Source: Odoribacter sp.
GTDB lineage: Bacteria; Bacteroidota; Bacteroidia; Bacteroidales; Marinifilaceae
Assembly (NCBI GenBank): GCA_020024465.1
Contig: JAHHTT010000006.1
Location: forward strand, 1,071 to 65,070
Direction of reading: 5' to 3'
Length of the DNA: 64,000 nt
Shown here: one piece after another, positions 41,435 to 51,699 of the stretch
Layout: every line of letters starts with the position of its first letter
Position numbering within the stretch: position 1 is the first letter of the stretch
Notes under the pieces: generated by a model
Told to the model about the DNA's origin: nothing
Seen by the model: the letters and a program-made list of their open reading frames with translations, nothing else
Databases searched by the model: none
Program-made: the position numbers and the translations under genes

Positions 41435-42307
41435 TTATCCTACCATCACAACCAAATACTTAGTCTGTTTCCAAAATGCATTCTCATCATTGATTTTCAA
41501 AACAAAATTACCCTCGTCATCGGCTTCCAGAACATAAGATTCTGCAGGGTGTGATGAAAGAACTTTTGCTTTTTTATTGTTTAAAGGAATAGTTTTTACC
41601 TCACGAATATCGATACTGATAAAATCAGCATTCTGTGCTTGAGAAGAGACAATTGGCGGACAGAAGATTCCTTGACGGGAAATCACGGCTGCATCTTTCA
41701 ACTCTTTACGGGTACCTATAAGGTAATTTGCCATGTGAATAGTTTGATCCTGCTCATTGATCGTAATTTGTTGCGTTTTAGACTCTTTACCTAAAGAATC
41801 AACATTCTGTGTCAACATTTTTATTTCCTCTACCTTAACAGCTAATTCTTTATTAGTAGCAACTAACTGTCCGGTAATCTCATCTATTTTTTCAGAACGC
41901 AATTCCAATTCTGCATTCAAATTGGCAATCATTCTTTTAAACTCTGCAGACTGACTTTTACTCTTTCCTTCCAATTTTGCTATCTGAGACTTATATCCTG
42001 CAATAGCTTCTGAAATTGCCTGAATATCATTCTTTAAACGCGCAATCTGTTGTTTTGACTTACTGCCTTTTTTCTCTTTTTCTGCTTCCAAAGTCAATAA
42101 ATGTTCAGCCTCCCTTAAAGACTGCATCCCTGCCGTCAGGTTGTTAATATCAGCAAGCAATTGTTCCATCTCCTGATTTTGTTGCATAGCAATGGCATTC
42201 AATGAATCAGCACGCATCAACAAAGCTTTATATTTTTGTGAATTTTCTACACAACTACTCATCAAAAACAAGGAAGCTCCCAATCCTAAAACAATAAACT
42301 TTTTCAT
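41435..42307 (-). CDS. Coiled-coil lipoprotein of unknown function (possibly Cbp1 adhesin-like family)
   Basis: Start MKKFIVLGLGASLFLMSSC (lipobox), long coiled coil, C-terminal GTRKELK...SSHPAESY...FWKQTKYLVV domain. Confidence 0.65.
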   Translation of the reverse strand: MKKFIVLGLGASLFLMSSCVENSQKYKALLMRADSLNAIAMQQNQEMEQLLADINNLTAGMQSLREAEHLLTLEAEKEKKGSKSKQQIARLKNDIQAISEAIAGYKSQIAKLEGKSKSQSAEFKRMIANLNAELELRSEKIDEITGQLVATNKELAVKVEEIKMLTQNVDSLGKESKTQQITINEQDQTIHMANYLIGTRKELKDAAVISRQGIFCPPIVSSQAQNADFISIDIREVKTIPLNNKKAKVLSSHPAESYVLEADDEGNFVLKINDENAFWKQTKYLVVMVG

Positions 42308-42485
42308 AACTTCAATTTTTAGTTTTAATTCTGAATAATAATAACACAATATTCATTCCGGAATAATAAAATATCCATATATTATTCATATTCTGTCATA
42401 TATACAAAATTTATCAATTCCATAATTGGGGAAAAATGAGGAACAAACAAAAAAAATGAGGAAATAATCCCCACTTCAAAGCTAC

Positions 42486-42520
42486 AAGACATTCCCGGGA
42501 TATTTTCCCGGGAATGTCTT
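42486..42520 (-). terminator. Terminator of the lysine/butyrate operon
   Basis: Perfect 15-bp inverted repeat AAGACATTCCCGGGA / TCCCGGGAATGTCTT directly after the hbd stop. Confidence 0.75.
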
Positions 42521-42521
42521 A

Positions 42522-43367
42522 TTATTTACGATAATCATAAAAACCAATACCAGTCTTACGTCCCAAAAGGTTTGCACGCACCATTTTGCGCAACAACGGA
42601 TGAGGACGGTATTTAGAATCTCCAAATTCATTGTAAAGCACTTCCATTATAGCCAGGCATACATCCAATCCAATCAAATCGCCCAATTCCAACGGCCCCA
42701 TCGGATGGTTGGCTCCCAATTTCATAGCAGCATCAATTTCTTCTTTTGTTGCCACACCATCTGCCAAAATACCAATACCTTCGTTCACCAACGGAATCAG
42801 TATTCTATTAACAACAAAACCCGGAGCTTCTTCCACTCTTACCGGTATTTTGCCGATTTCTTGTGAAAGAGAAAAAACTTTATCATGTACCTCTTTAGAG
42901 GTCAGCTGACCTTTAATAATCTCCACCAACTTCATGATTGGAACCGGATTAAAGAAGTGCATACCTACCACTTTGTCAGGACGGTTTGTTGCTGCAGCTA
43001 CCTCCGTAATTGATAAGGATGATGTATTAGTTGCTAAAATAGTCTCCGGTTTACAAATACTATCTAACAACTTAAAAATTTCATGTTTCGTAGCCATATC
43101 TTCAGCAATTGCCTCTATGACCAGATCTGCGTCAGCACAATCCTCATAATTCATTGTATCGGTAATCCGTGCCAAAATAGCATCTTTGGCTGCAGCTTCC
43201 AGTTTACCTTTTTCCACCATGCGAGAAAGATTTTTATCCATAGCCTTGTGAGCTTTTGCCAACGAAGCTTCTGAACGTCCTTTCAATAGAACAATATGTC
43301 CTGCCTGTGCAAATACCTGAGCAATACCATTACCCATCGTACCTGTTCCAACAACGCAAATTTTCAT
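42522..43367 (-). CDS. hbd: 3-hydroxybutyryl-CoA dehydrogenase
   Basis: GTGTMGNGIA, ATNTSSLS, GMHFFNP, GANHPMGPL.LGDLIGLD. Confidence 0.96.
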   Translation of the reverse strand: MKICVVGTGTMGNGIAQVFAQAGHIVLLKGRSEASLAKAHKAMDKNLSRMVEKGKLEAAAKDAILARITDTMNYEDCADADLVIEAIAEDMATKHEIFKLLDSICKPETILATNTSSLSITEVAAATNRPDKVVGMHFFNPVPIMKLVEIIKGQLTSKEVHDKVFSLSQEIGKIPVRVEEAPGFVVNRILIPLVNEGIGILADGVATKEEIDAAMKLGANHPMGPLELGDLIGLDVCLAIMEVLYNEFGDSKYRPHPLLRKMVRANLLGRKTGIGFYDYRK

Positions 43368-43378
43368 AATGTATAATT

Positions 43379-44158
43379 TTAGTTACCTTTAAATTCTGGT
43401 TTACGCTTCTGTAAAAAAGCCTCCATTCCCTCCTTTTGGTCTGAAGTTGCGAAACACATGCCAAACAAAGAAGTTTCAATATCAATACCGGTCTCTATAT
43501 CGGTTTCAATACCGCGATTGATTGCCTCTTTGGAATAACGTACTGCCAACTGCGCTTTTGCAGCAATGGCAGTAGCCATCTCAAGAGCTTTATCCATCAA
43601 CGCTTCAGGATCTACAACCACATTCACCAAACCGATACGACAAGCTTCCTCGGCATTGATAACTGCAGCTGTGTAAATCAACTCCTTTGCTTTGCCTACA
43701 CCCACTAAACGTGGCAAACGCTGTGTTCCAGAGAAACCTGGAGTAATTCCCAACCCCACTTCAGGCTGACCAAACTTAGCTTTGGATGAAGCAATACGAA
43801 TATCGCAGGCCATCGCCAATTCGCATCCACCGCCTAAAGCAAAGCCATTAACGGCTGCAATAACCGGTTTCTCCAATAATTCTATCTTACGGAAAACAGT
43901 AGCACCCAAACGTCCGAAAAACTTACCGGCAGCAGCCTGCTTTGTACACATTTCTGCAATATCGGCTCCGGCAACAAAAGCTCGCCCTTCACCAGTAAGA
44001 ATTACCACATCCACCTCAGCATCTACTGCCAGCTCATCAAATGCCTGCCCTAACTCCAACAATACAGCTGTATTCAATGCATTCAATGCTTCCGGATGAT
44101 TGATTTTTACAACTCCTATACGATTCTGCTTTTTTATAATCAGTCTTTGATATTCCAT
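43379..44158 (-). CDS. crt: Crotonase (3-hydroxybutyryl-CoA dehydratase)
   Basis: AFVAGADI, GFALGGGCELAMACD, GQPEVGLGITPGFSGTQRL. Confidence 0.95.
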   Translation of the reverse strand: MEYQRLIIKKQNRIGVVKINHPEALNALNTAVLLELGQAFDELAVDAEVDVVILTGEGRAFVAGADIAEMCTKQAAAGKFFGRLGATVFRKIELLEKPVIAAVNGFALGGGCELAMACDIRIASSKAKFGQPEVGLGITPGFSGTQRLPRLVGVGKAKELIYTAAVINAEEACRIGLVNVVVDPEALMDKALEMATAIAAKAQLAVRYSKEAINRGIETDIETGIDIETSLFGMCFATSDQKEGMEAFLQKRKPEFKGN

Positions 44159-44190
44159 TTGCCTTGAATTTTACAACAAACTAGCGTTTA

Positions 44191-45210
44191 TTATTTACCA
44201 TTTTTTGTCAGAGCAGCCAAACGTTCTGTCAAAATAGGCACAACCTTCTTTACATCACCGACAATACCCAAATCTGCAACATTGAAAATAGGTGCATATT
44301 TATCTTTGTTTACTGCAATGATAAAATCAGATTCCTCCATACCTGCCAAGTGCTGGATCGCTCCGGAAATACCCATGGCAAAATATAGATTCGGACGAAC
44401 AGTCTTACCGGTTTGTCCCACTTGACGGTCATGCGGCATAATACCGGCATCAACCATGGCACGTGAAGAAGAAACCTCTGCATTCAATGTTCCTGCCAAT
44501 TTTTCCAATGCAGCGAAACCTTCCGTACTTCCAACACCACGACCTCCGGAAATCAATACTTTTGCTTCTGTAATATCAATCTTGTTTTTCTGCTCTTTCA
44601 CTGTTTCTAATACCTTTACTTTGAATTTAGATTTATCAAAGTTGATATTCAACATCTCAACAGTACCCATCCGGCTTTCATCTTTCTCTTTTGCTCGCAT
44701 CACGCCTGGACGTACAGTTGACATCTGAGGACGATGGGCTTTACATATAATAGTTGCCATCAAATTACCGCCGAATGCAGGACGGGTCATCAACAAATCA
44801 CGATCATCTGAAATATCCAGACCTGTACAGTCTGCTGTCAAACCGGTTTCCAGACGAGCAGACAAACGCGGACCCAGGTCACGACCAATAGTCGTAGCAC
44901 CAATCAGCACAATACTCGGTTTGCGCTCACGCACTACTTGAGTGATAGCCTGTGCATACGGTTCTGTTGTATACTGCACCAATTCTTTGGAATCAGCGCA
45001 CAAAACCACATCTGCACCGTAAGCTATCAACTCCTGCGCTTTATCTGCTATTTCATAGCCTAACAACACTGCAACCACCTTTTCATTCAGACAGTCAGCC
45101 AATTCACGAGCTTTGCCTAACAACTCAACAGCCACTTTCTGAACTTGACCATCACGCTGTTCCACAAATACATATACATCTTTATATTGAGTCTTATCCA
45201 TAATATCCAT
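44191..45210 (-). CDS. etfA: Electron transfer flavoprotein alpha subunit
   Basis: GLTADCT, RPAFGGN, QVGQTGKTV, GISGAIQH. Confidence 0.96.
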   Translation of the reverse strand: MDIMDKTQYKDVYVFVEQRDGQVQKVAVELLGKARELADCLNEKVVAVLLGYEIADKAQELIAYGADVVLCADSKELVQYTTEPYAQAITQVVRERKPSIVLIGATTIGRDLGPRLSARLETGLTADCTGLDISDDRDLLMTRPAFGGNLMATIICKAHRPQMSTVRPGVMRAKEKDESRMGTVEMLNINFDKSKFKVKVLETVKEQKNKIDITEAKVLISGGRGVGSTEGFAALEKLAGTLNAEVSSSRAMVDAGIMPHDRQVGQTGKTVRPNLYFAMGISGAIQHLAGMEESDFIIAVNKDKYAPIFNVADLGIVGDVKKVVPILTERLAALTKNGK

Positions 45211-45992
45211 CAGATTATAAATTTCTCTTTCAGTTTTTCTACAATAATATCCACGGCCTCTGTCGGTTCAACTTCAAATACTTTTCCGGCAGATTTTGCA
45301 CCCTTGGTAAATGATTTAAATACACGCGTCGGTGAACCGTTCAAGCCCAATTTAGCTTCGTCAACACTGATATTACTATAATTCCAAACTTCAACTTCCC
45401 TATCATAAGCCTCAACAATACCACGGACTGACATATAACGTGCCTTGTTAGCTGTAGCTAACACAGTAACCACACAAGGACCTTCTACTTCTACAATCTG
45501 ATACCCCTCTTCCGTCGATTTACGGATCGTGAAAGTTTTATTTCCATCAAATTTCAGGTCCTCAACATAAGTCACTTGAGGCAATTCCAAATGCTCTGCG
45601 ATCTGCGGTCCGACCTGTGCAGTATCACCATCAATCGCCTGACGGCCTGTAATCAGCAAATCAAACTCCAGCATTCGCAAAGCTCCGGCAATAGCATTGG
45701 AAGTTGCTAATGTGTCTGCTCCAGCAAATTTACGATCGCTCAAATGAATTGCACGGTCGGCTCCCATAGCGAAAGCCTCGCGTAAAATTTCATCTGCCTG
45801 TGGAGGTCCCATGGTAATAACAGTTACATGCGCTCCATATTTATCTTTCAATTGCAAAGCCATTTCAAGTCCGCCCTTATCATCCGGATTCATAATACTT
45901 GGCACACCATCCCGAATCATAGTCCCGGTTTTAGGATCCAACTTAATCTCCGTAGTATCCGGAACTTGTTTGATACAAACTACTATCTTCAT
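45210..45992 (-). CDS. etfB: Electron transfer flavoprotein beta subunit
   Basis: VCIKQVPD, AGADTLAT, GRQAIDGDTAQVG. Confidence 0.96.
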   Translation of the reverse strand: MKIVVCIKQVPDTTEIKLDPKTGTMIRDGVPSIMNPDDKGGLEMALQLKDKYGAHVTVITMGPPQADEILREAFAMGADRAIHLSDRKFAGADTLATSNAIAGALRMLEFDLLITGRQAIDGDTAQVGPQIAEHLELPQVTYVEDLKFDGNKTFTIRKSTEEGYQIVEVEGPCVVTVLATANKARYMSVRGIVEAYDREVEVWNYSNISVDEAKLGLNGSPTRVFKSFTKGAKSAGKVFEVEPTEAVDIIVEKLKEKFII

Positions 45993-46023
45993 GTTTATAT
46001 ATTTTCTATTGTTTTATACTTGC

Positions 46024-47163
46024 TTATTTCAAAAGAGCAGCCGCTATCACCATACGCTGCACTTCTGAAGTACCTTCATATATTTCTGTAATTTTAGCAT
46101 CACGCATCATACGCTCAATCGGATACTCACGGGTATATCCATAACCGCCATGGAACTGCACTGCTTTAGTCGTCACTTCCATTGCTGTTTCAGCTGCAAA
46201 CAATTTAGCCTGAGCAGAATCTACTGAATAAGGCATCTTTCTATCTTTTTTCCAAGCTGCCATTCGCACCAACAAACGGGCTGCCTGTATCTTGACTTGT
46301 AGGTCTGCCATCTGGAATTGAGTATTCTGGAACTGACCGATAGCACGTCCGAACTGTTTGCGTTCTTTTACATATTTCACCGTCTCATCCATTGCACCTT
46401 GAGCAATGCCCAAAGCTTGAGAAGCGATACCCATACGACCGCCATCCAGCGTCTTCATGGCAATCTTGAACCCTTCTCCCAATTTACCTAACAAATTAGC
46501 TTTCGGCACTATACAATTCTCAAAAATCAACTCACAAGTAGCCGAACCGCGAATACCCATCTTTTTTTCCTTTTTACCGATTGAAAAACCCGGGAAGTCT
46601 CGCTCTACGATAAATGCAGAAATACCTTTTGTCCCCAGAGATTTATCAGTCATTGCCATCACGATATAAACATGAGCATAAGCAGCATTGGTAATGAAAA
46701 TTTTAGAACCGTTCAAGATATAATTGTCGCCGTCTTCAACAGCCATAGTCTGCTGAGCAGAAGCATCAGTTCCGGCATTCGGCTCCGTCAATCCAAAAGC
46801 TCCCACCCATTCGCCTGAACACAATTTTGGCAAATACTTCTTTTTTTGCTCTTCTGTACCGAACTCATAAATCGGAGATGCACACAAAGAAGTATGAGCG
46901 GAAACAATTACTCCAGTAGTGGCACATACTTTAGATAACTCTTCCACTGCCATAGAATACATCACATTATCACCACCGGCTCCACCATATTCCACAGGAA
47001 ACGGGATACCCATCAATCCCAATTTTGCCATTTTTCCTACTGTTTCGACAGGAAATCTCTCTTCCTCATCTACTTCAGCAGCCAACGGCTTAACCTCTCT
47101 CTCAGCAAACTCTCTAATCATCTGCTGAAACAATATTTCTTTCTTTGATAATGAAAAATCCAT
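46024..47163 (-). CDS. bcd: Butyryl-CoA dehydrogenase (Etf-coupled)
   Basis: FGLTEPNAGTD, KMGIRGS, RDAKITEIYEGTSEVQ; adjacent to etfBA. Confidence 0.95.
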   Translation of the reverse strand: MDFSLSKKEILFQQMIREFAEREVKPLAAEVDEEERFPVETVGKMAKLGLMGIPFPVEYGGAGGDNVMYSMAVEELSKVCATTGVIVSAHTSLCASPIYEFGTEEQKKKYLPKLCSGEWVGAFGLTEPNAGTDASAQQTMAVEDGDNYILNGSKIFITNAAYAHVYIVMAMTDKSLGTKGISAFIVERDFPGFSIGKKEKKMGIRGSATCELIFENCIVPKANLLGKLGEGFKIAMKTLDGGRMGIASQALGIAQGAMDETVKYVKERKQFGRAIGQFQNTQFQMADLQVKIQAARLLVRMAAWKKDRKMPYSVDSAQAKLFAAETAMEVTTKAVQFHGGYGYTREYPIERMMRDAKITEIYEGTSEVQRMVIAAALLK

Positions 47164-47210
47164 AATATTTTTAGTTTATCAATTTATCAACACCCTATCA
47201 GGACATTGAA

Positions 47211-47867
47211 TTAACACATTTTTTTCAAATCAGGTGAAATAATCAAAGTCGCTTCTGTCAATGCCTGCACCTGCTCAACTGTAAATTCAGGATGAATCTC
47301 TTTCAGTACAATACCCTCCGGAGTAATATCCATTACGCCCATTTCGGTAACAATCATATCCACCTGCCCTTTAGCAGTCAAAGGCAACGTACATTTTTTC
47401 AAAATCTTGGCATTGCCTTTAGCAGTATGCTCCATCGCCAGAATCACCTTGCCGGCACCCATCAGCAAATCCATTGCACCTCCCATTCCCGGTGTTTTTT
47501 TACCCGGAATCATCCAATTGGCCAAATCTCCCTGTTCGTCCACTTGTAAAGCACCCAAGATACTGACATCCACATGTCCTCCTCGGATGATTCCGAATGA
47601 AGTGGCACTGTCAAAACTTGCTGCTCCCGGTAACGCAGTGATTGCACCACCTCCTGCATTAATAAAGTCAGGGTCTTCCTCGCCTGCTGCTGGTGTCGGT
47701 CCCATACCAATCAGACCATTTTCAGTCTGCAAAATCACCTCGACACCTTCCGGCAGGTAATTCGGCACCAATGTCGGTAAACCGATACCCAGATTCACGA
47801 CATCTCCATCTTTGAGTTCCATTGCTACTCTTTTAGCAATGACTTCTCTTATTTGCTCTTTTTCCAT
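47211..47867 (-). CDS. ctfB: Butyrate:acetoacetate CoA-transferase subunit B
   Basis: VNLGIGLPT, LQTENG (catalytic Glu), GMGGAMDL. Confidence 0.92.
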   Translation of the reverse strand: MEKEQIREVIAKRVAMELKDGDVVNLGIGLPTLVPNYLPEGVEVILQTENGLIGMGPTPAAGEEDPDFINAGGGAITALPGAASFDSATSFGIIRGGHVDVSILGALQVDEQGDLANWMIPGKKTPGMGGAMDLLMGAGKVILAMEHTAKGNAKILKKCTLPLTAKGQVDMIVTEMGVMDITPEGIVLKEIHPEFTVEQVQALTEATLIISPDLKKMC

Positions 47868-47897
47868 AGTCTATATGATTTTATCCTAAGTTCATTT

Positions 47898-48686
47898 CTA
47901 CTTGTTCTGTCGTCGTGCCAGTTCCTGTGCCACAAACGAAGCCACATCGTCTGCATAAGTATTCATACCGAAACCGGCATCATACCCCAACTCCTTAGCC
48001 AACTCATGCGAAATACGCGGACCTCCGCACACCAGAATCACCTTGTCACGCAAGCCCTCTGCCTCCAACATTTCCACCAATTCTGTCATATTCTTGATGT
48101 GCACATCTTTCTGGGTTACAGTTTGAGATACCAATAAAGCATCTGCCTTCATCTCAATCGCCTTGGCAATAAACTCCTCATTAGTCACCTGGCTTCCCAT
48201 ATTCAAAGCCTCAAACATCTCATAACGTTCGATACCGTAATGCCCGGCAAAACCCTTCATATTCATAATAGCATCAATACCCACAGTATGAGCATCCGTA
48301 CCGGTACTGGCACCTATCACCACAATCTTACGTCCGATATGCTCACGTATAAAATCATCCGTTTCTGCCATATCCCATTTCGTTGATTCCACCTTCGGCA
48401 CATAGATGTTAGAGTAATCCACCGTATGAGAACAATTACCATAGCAATTGAAAAAAGTATATCCTTCAGTCAACTCCTGATGAAATACAATCTGTGGGTT
48501 TTCAAAACCCATCTTTTTTAACAACTGTTTCGCAGCCTCAATTGCCTCATCTCCTGCCGGTACAGGCAAAGTAAAACTCAACTGAGTCTTACCGTCGTTC
48601 ATTGTGTCCCCATAGGGTTTTATCTTTTTTAAATCAAGGGTTTGATCAAAATCTTTACCTTCTGTTGAATATAAACCACCGCTCAT
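47898..48686 (-). CDS. kamE: Lysine 5,6-aminomutase beta subunit
   Basis: KPYGDTMNDGK, cobalamin motif TDAHTVGIDAIMNMKG. Confidence 0.95.
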   Translation of the reverse strand: MSGGLYSTEGKDFDQTLDLKKIKPYGDTMNDGKTQLSFTLPVPAGDEAIEAAKQLLKKMGFENPQIVFHQELTEGYTFFNCYGNCSHTVDYSNIYVPKVESTKWDMAETDDFIREHIGRKIVVIGASTGTDAHTVGIDAIMNMKGFAGHYGIERYEMFEALNMGSQVTNEEFIAKAIEMKADALLVSQTVTQKDVHIKNMTELVEMLEAEGLRDKVILVCGGPRISHELAKELGYDAGFGMNTYADDVASFVAQELARRQNK

Positions 48687-48717
48687 AATAATGAAAATTG
48701 AAAATGAAAAAATGAAA

Positions 48718-50274
48718 TTATTCCACCGTTTTACGCATCAAAGCTACAAACGGATTCCAGTAATTCTTGCCTTTAGCGCTAACGCCATCCAAGCCTTTAC
48801 CTCCATTTTTAGGACGCTTGATATCAGCAAAGATTCCTTTTTCCAAAGCAGAGAACAAACCTTCCTGCTCTATTCTTTCCAGCAAGGCAGTGGCTTTATC
48901 CAACACCAGTTTTGCCCGATTCTGAATAATTCCTCCTTCTTTAAACACCACCTCGTCTCCGATATTTCTCATATTATTGAAAATATAACGGGCATTTTCA
49001 ATTGACAGATAACGGTCGGACATAAAAGGCGTATGAATGGCTTCAGTCGGCATTCCCAACAATTGGATTCCCTGTGAAGTCCAAATACCCACCATGTTAA
49101 ACAAAGCATCCTGGATATGCCCTCTGAAAATATTACCGGTCATAAATTTCGTCGGAGGCATATACTTCAAAGTTGCTCGCGGGAAAATTTCCCGCGTCAT
49201 CTGAGCTTGTGCCAATTCATACAAGAAACCGTTTTCCAACATCGGATCCATCTCAAAAGCATGACCCAATCCCATCTGCTCTTCCGGCAGACCGGCCAAC
49301 AATGCCAATTGCTCATTGATAAAATCAGAAGCCAGTACGGTATGTGCTTCCTCTACAGCATCTGCTGTTGTCAAATAGTTATCCTCTCCGGTATTGATAA
49401 TAACACCGGCAAAACCGTTAATCACACGCGACATAAACTGGTCCACCAATGTACGCTGCATATTAATATCACGGAACAGTATTCCATACAGTGCATCGTT
49501 CAACATTACATCCAATCCCTCCAAAGCTCCCATCACCGCAATTTCAGGCATACAAAGACCCGAACAATAGTTACACAGACGGATATAACGTCCCACCTCT
49601 TCACCTACTTCATCCAAAGCCTTACGCATAATACGGAAATTCTCCTGAGTAGCAAACGTACCGCCGAATCCCTCTGTCGTTGCACCATAAGGTACATAAT
49701 CCAACAGACTCTGACCGGTTGTACGTATTACAGCTATGATATCTGCACCCTGACGGGCTGCTGCCTGTGCCTGTACCACATCCTCATAAATATTACCGGT
49801 AGCGACAATCACATACAGATATGGTTTCGGTCCCTCACCTATCGTCGCTATATAATTTTCTCTCCGTTTACGGTTGGATCGAATACGGGAAATACTTGCA
49901 TCAATATAAGGCTTCAAAGCAGCCTCTCGTTGCTCTTGCGAACAGATATCGATACGGGTAACATCCAATTTCCCATCAGCCATCTGCTTAGCCACCTCCT
50001 GCGGAGACAAAGCAGTTGCCACTACTGCGTTGCCCAGGAAAAACAACACGCCCTCACTCAGAACATTCTTGTCTTTCAACTCATCAACCACCACATTGGG
50101 AAGCGGCACTGCATTGCCGTCCACTCCATCAATGCCCAGCAAACGGCACAACGTCCTTTCTACTGCAACAGTTGTATACCCGTCCACAAATCCCTGTACC
50201 TGATTTGCAATTTTCCGGGCGATGCCGCGCGCATGTGCAACTTTATTAAAATCAATACCTAATTTACTTTCCAT
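48718..50274 (-). CDS. kamD: Lysine 5,6-aminomutase alpha subunit
   Basis: TTVAVER, YVIVATGNIYED, NYCSGLCMPE, NTGEDNY. Confidence 0.95.
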   Translation of the reverse strand: MESKLGIDFNKVAHARGIARKIANQVQGFVDGYTTVAVERTLCRLLGIDGVDGNAVPLPNVVVDELKDKNVLSEGVLFFLGNAVVATALSPQEVAKQMADGKLDVTRIDICSQEQREAALKPYIDASISRIRSNRKRRENYIATIGEGPKPYLYVIVATGNIYEDVVQAQAAARQGADIIAVIRTTGQSLLDYVPYGATTEGFGGTFATQENFRIMRKALDEVGEEVGRYIRLCNYCSGLCMPEIAVMGALEGLDVMLNDALYGILFRDINMQRTLVDQFMSRVINGFAGVIINTGEDNYLTTADAVEEAHTVLASDFINEQLALLAGLPEEQMGLGHAFEMDPMLENGFLYELAQAQMTREIFPRATLKYMPPTKFMTGNIFRGHIQDALFNMVGIWTSQGIQLLGMPTEAIHTPFMSDRYLSIENARYIFNNMRNIGDEVVFKEGGIIQNRAKLVLDKATALLERIEQEGLFSALEKGIFADIKRPKNGGKGLDGVSAKGKNYWNPFVALMRKTVE

Positions 50275-50304
50275 ATATATTTCACTTTACTGTACTATCA
50301 ATAT

Positions 50305-51699
50305 TTAATTAACCGTTTCACACAAACTCTTCTCTGCCCTTTCGATCAAGATTTTATCTACTCCCAAAAAAGCAGCGATTCTCAATGCCTCGTGAGGCAC
50401 CTCTCCACCCTGATCCTCCTCCAGTGAATAATCGATAAAATCATTTATATTTTTCCAGGTCACTTGACCTTGTATCTTCTCTTCTACAAATCCTCTCACC
50501 CGCAATTTGCGACAAGGAGCTACAATGCCGCTATAATGTGTGGTCACCAACGACATCGCATGATATTCTGTCAAAAAACTGACCACTCCGTTCACTATCG
50601 CCCTTCCCTCCAGCGGATTTGTTGTACGTGCCAATTCATCAATCAATACCAACACCCGTTCTCCTGCTTTCACTCGTTTCACGATTTCATTGATTCTCAA
50701 CATTTCTGCTGCAAACGAAGACAAACCGCTCAATTCATCCTGTTCATCTCCAATACTCATCTGAATCCCATCCATCAATACCATCTCCGCCTTGACAGCC
50801 GGCACATAAAAACCAAATTGAAACAGACATTGCGCCAAAGCCACACTTTTCAACAACACTGTTTTTCCGGCCATATTGGCTCCGGTAATCAAAGTGGTAC
50901 ATGGTAATAAAGTTACATCCACCGGCTGGAAACGCTTGCCTTTTTCCTGCAAAGCCGCATCCAACTGGGGATTGAACAATCCTTTCAGAATTGTCTTGTC
51001 CTGTCTAAATTGCGGTCGGGACAAATGCAGATCAATCGCCTGAGTTGCCTTGGCCACCAATATGTCTAATCTTCCCACTTGCACCAAAGCCTCCCGCAAA
51101 ACGTCTGCCTCTTCCCGCAATTGCTCGGACAAATTCTCCCGCACTTCATCTTCCAGCGCCACACAGCGCAAAAATAACTGCTCTACCTCCTGTTCATTTC
51201 CTCCCTGCTGTTTTTTCAACTTCAATTCAACTCTCAAAGCTGCCAATTCAGCCGAATAACAGTCATAGATATAAAAATGAGGAATTTTGACTCCTTCCGG
51301 ATCCAACAACTCCAATACCCTCCCGACATCAGGAATCTTCACACATTTCCACCCGACCGTCAACATGTTCATCTCCTCTGCCAACAACACAAAATTTTTC
51401 AATTCAAACAACTCCAAATCGTCCAACACGGTATACTCTCCCGCATGCTTCACTGTTCCGCGGATATCTCTCACCTGCATCAACAGGCAACTCAATTTCT
51501 CCACCAACGACTTCCCAGTTGTTGTTGACATCACTTCCATCACCTCCGCCACACACTTCAGTTCCGCACAGACCTCCTCCTCTGTATTTAGCCAACACAT
51601 CTCATAAAGGCATCTCCGTCCCAACGAAGAACAGATATTCAACTGCTCCGTCATATAACGGAACCCCTTCACTTGCTGTATTGCTTCTCTTACTGTCAT
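50305..51699 (-). CDS. kamC: MutS-like ATPase KamC (aminomutase reactivating factor component)
   Basis: ITGANMAGKT, LSSFAAEM, IDELARTTNP.EG, TTHY; short, no MutS mismatch-binding domain; located between kamB and kamD. Confidence 0.85.
   Translation of the reverse strand: MTVREAIQQVKGFRYMTEQLNICSSLGRRCLYEMCWLNTEEEVCAELKCVAEVMEVMSTTTGKSLVEKLSCLLMQVRDIRGTVKHAGEYTVLDDLELFELKNFVLLAEEMNMLTVGWKCVKIPDVGRVLELLDPEGVKIPHFYIYDCYSAELAALRVELKLKKQQGGNEQEVEQLFLRCVALEDEVRENLSEQLREEADVLREALVQVGRLDILVAKATQAIDLHLSRPQFRQDKTILKGLFNPQLDAALQEKGKRFQPVDVTLLPCTTLITGANMAGKTVLLKSVALAQCLFQFGFYVPAVKAEMVLMDGIQMSIGDEQDELSGLSSFAAEMLRINEIVKRVKAGERVLVLIDELARTTNPLEGRAIVNGVVSFLTEYHAMSLVTTHYSGIVAPCRKLRVRGFVEEKIQGQVTWKNINDFIDYSLEEDQGGEVPHEALRIAAFLGVDKILIERAEKSLCETVN

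Noticed and set aside
43359..43386. dif-like CATAA-TGTATA core
   Set aside because: The XerD arm (TTATGTTAAAT) does not match, and the site is simply the crt stop / hbd start junction
49117..50262. 381-aa plus-strand ORF
   Set aside because: Entirely antisense to kamD, with His/Gln/Ile-rich composition typical of a shadow frame and no recognisable motifs
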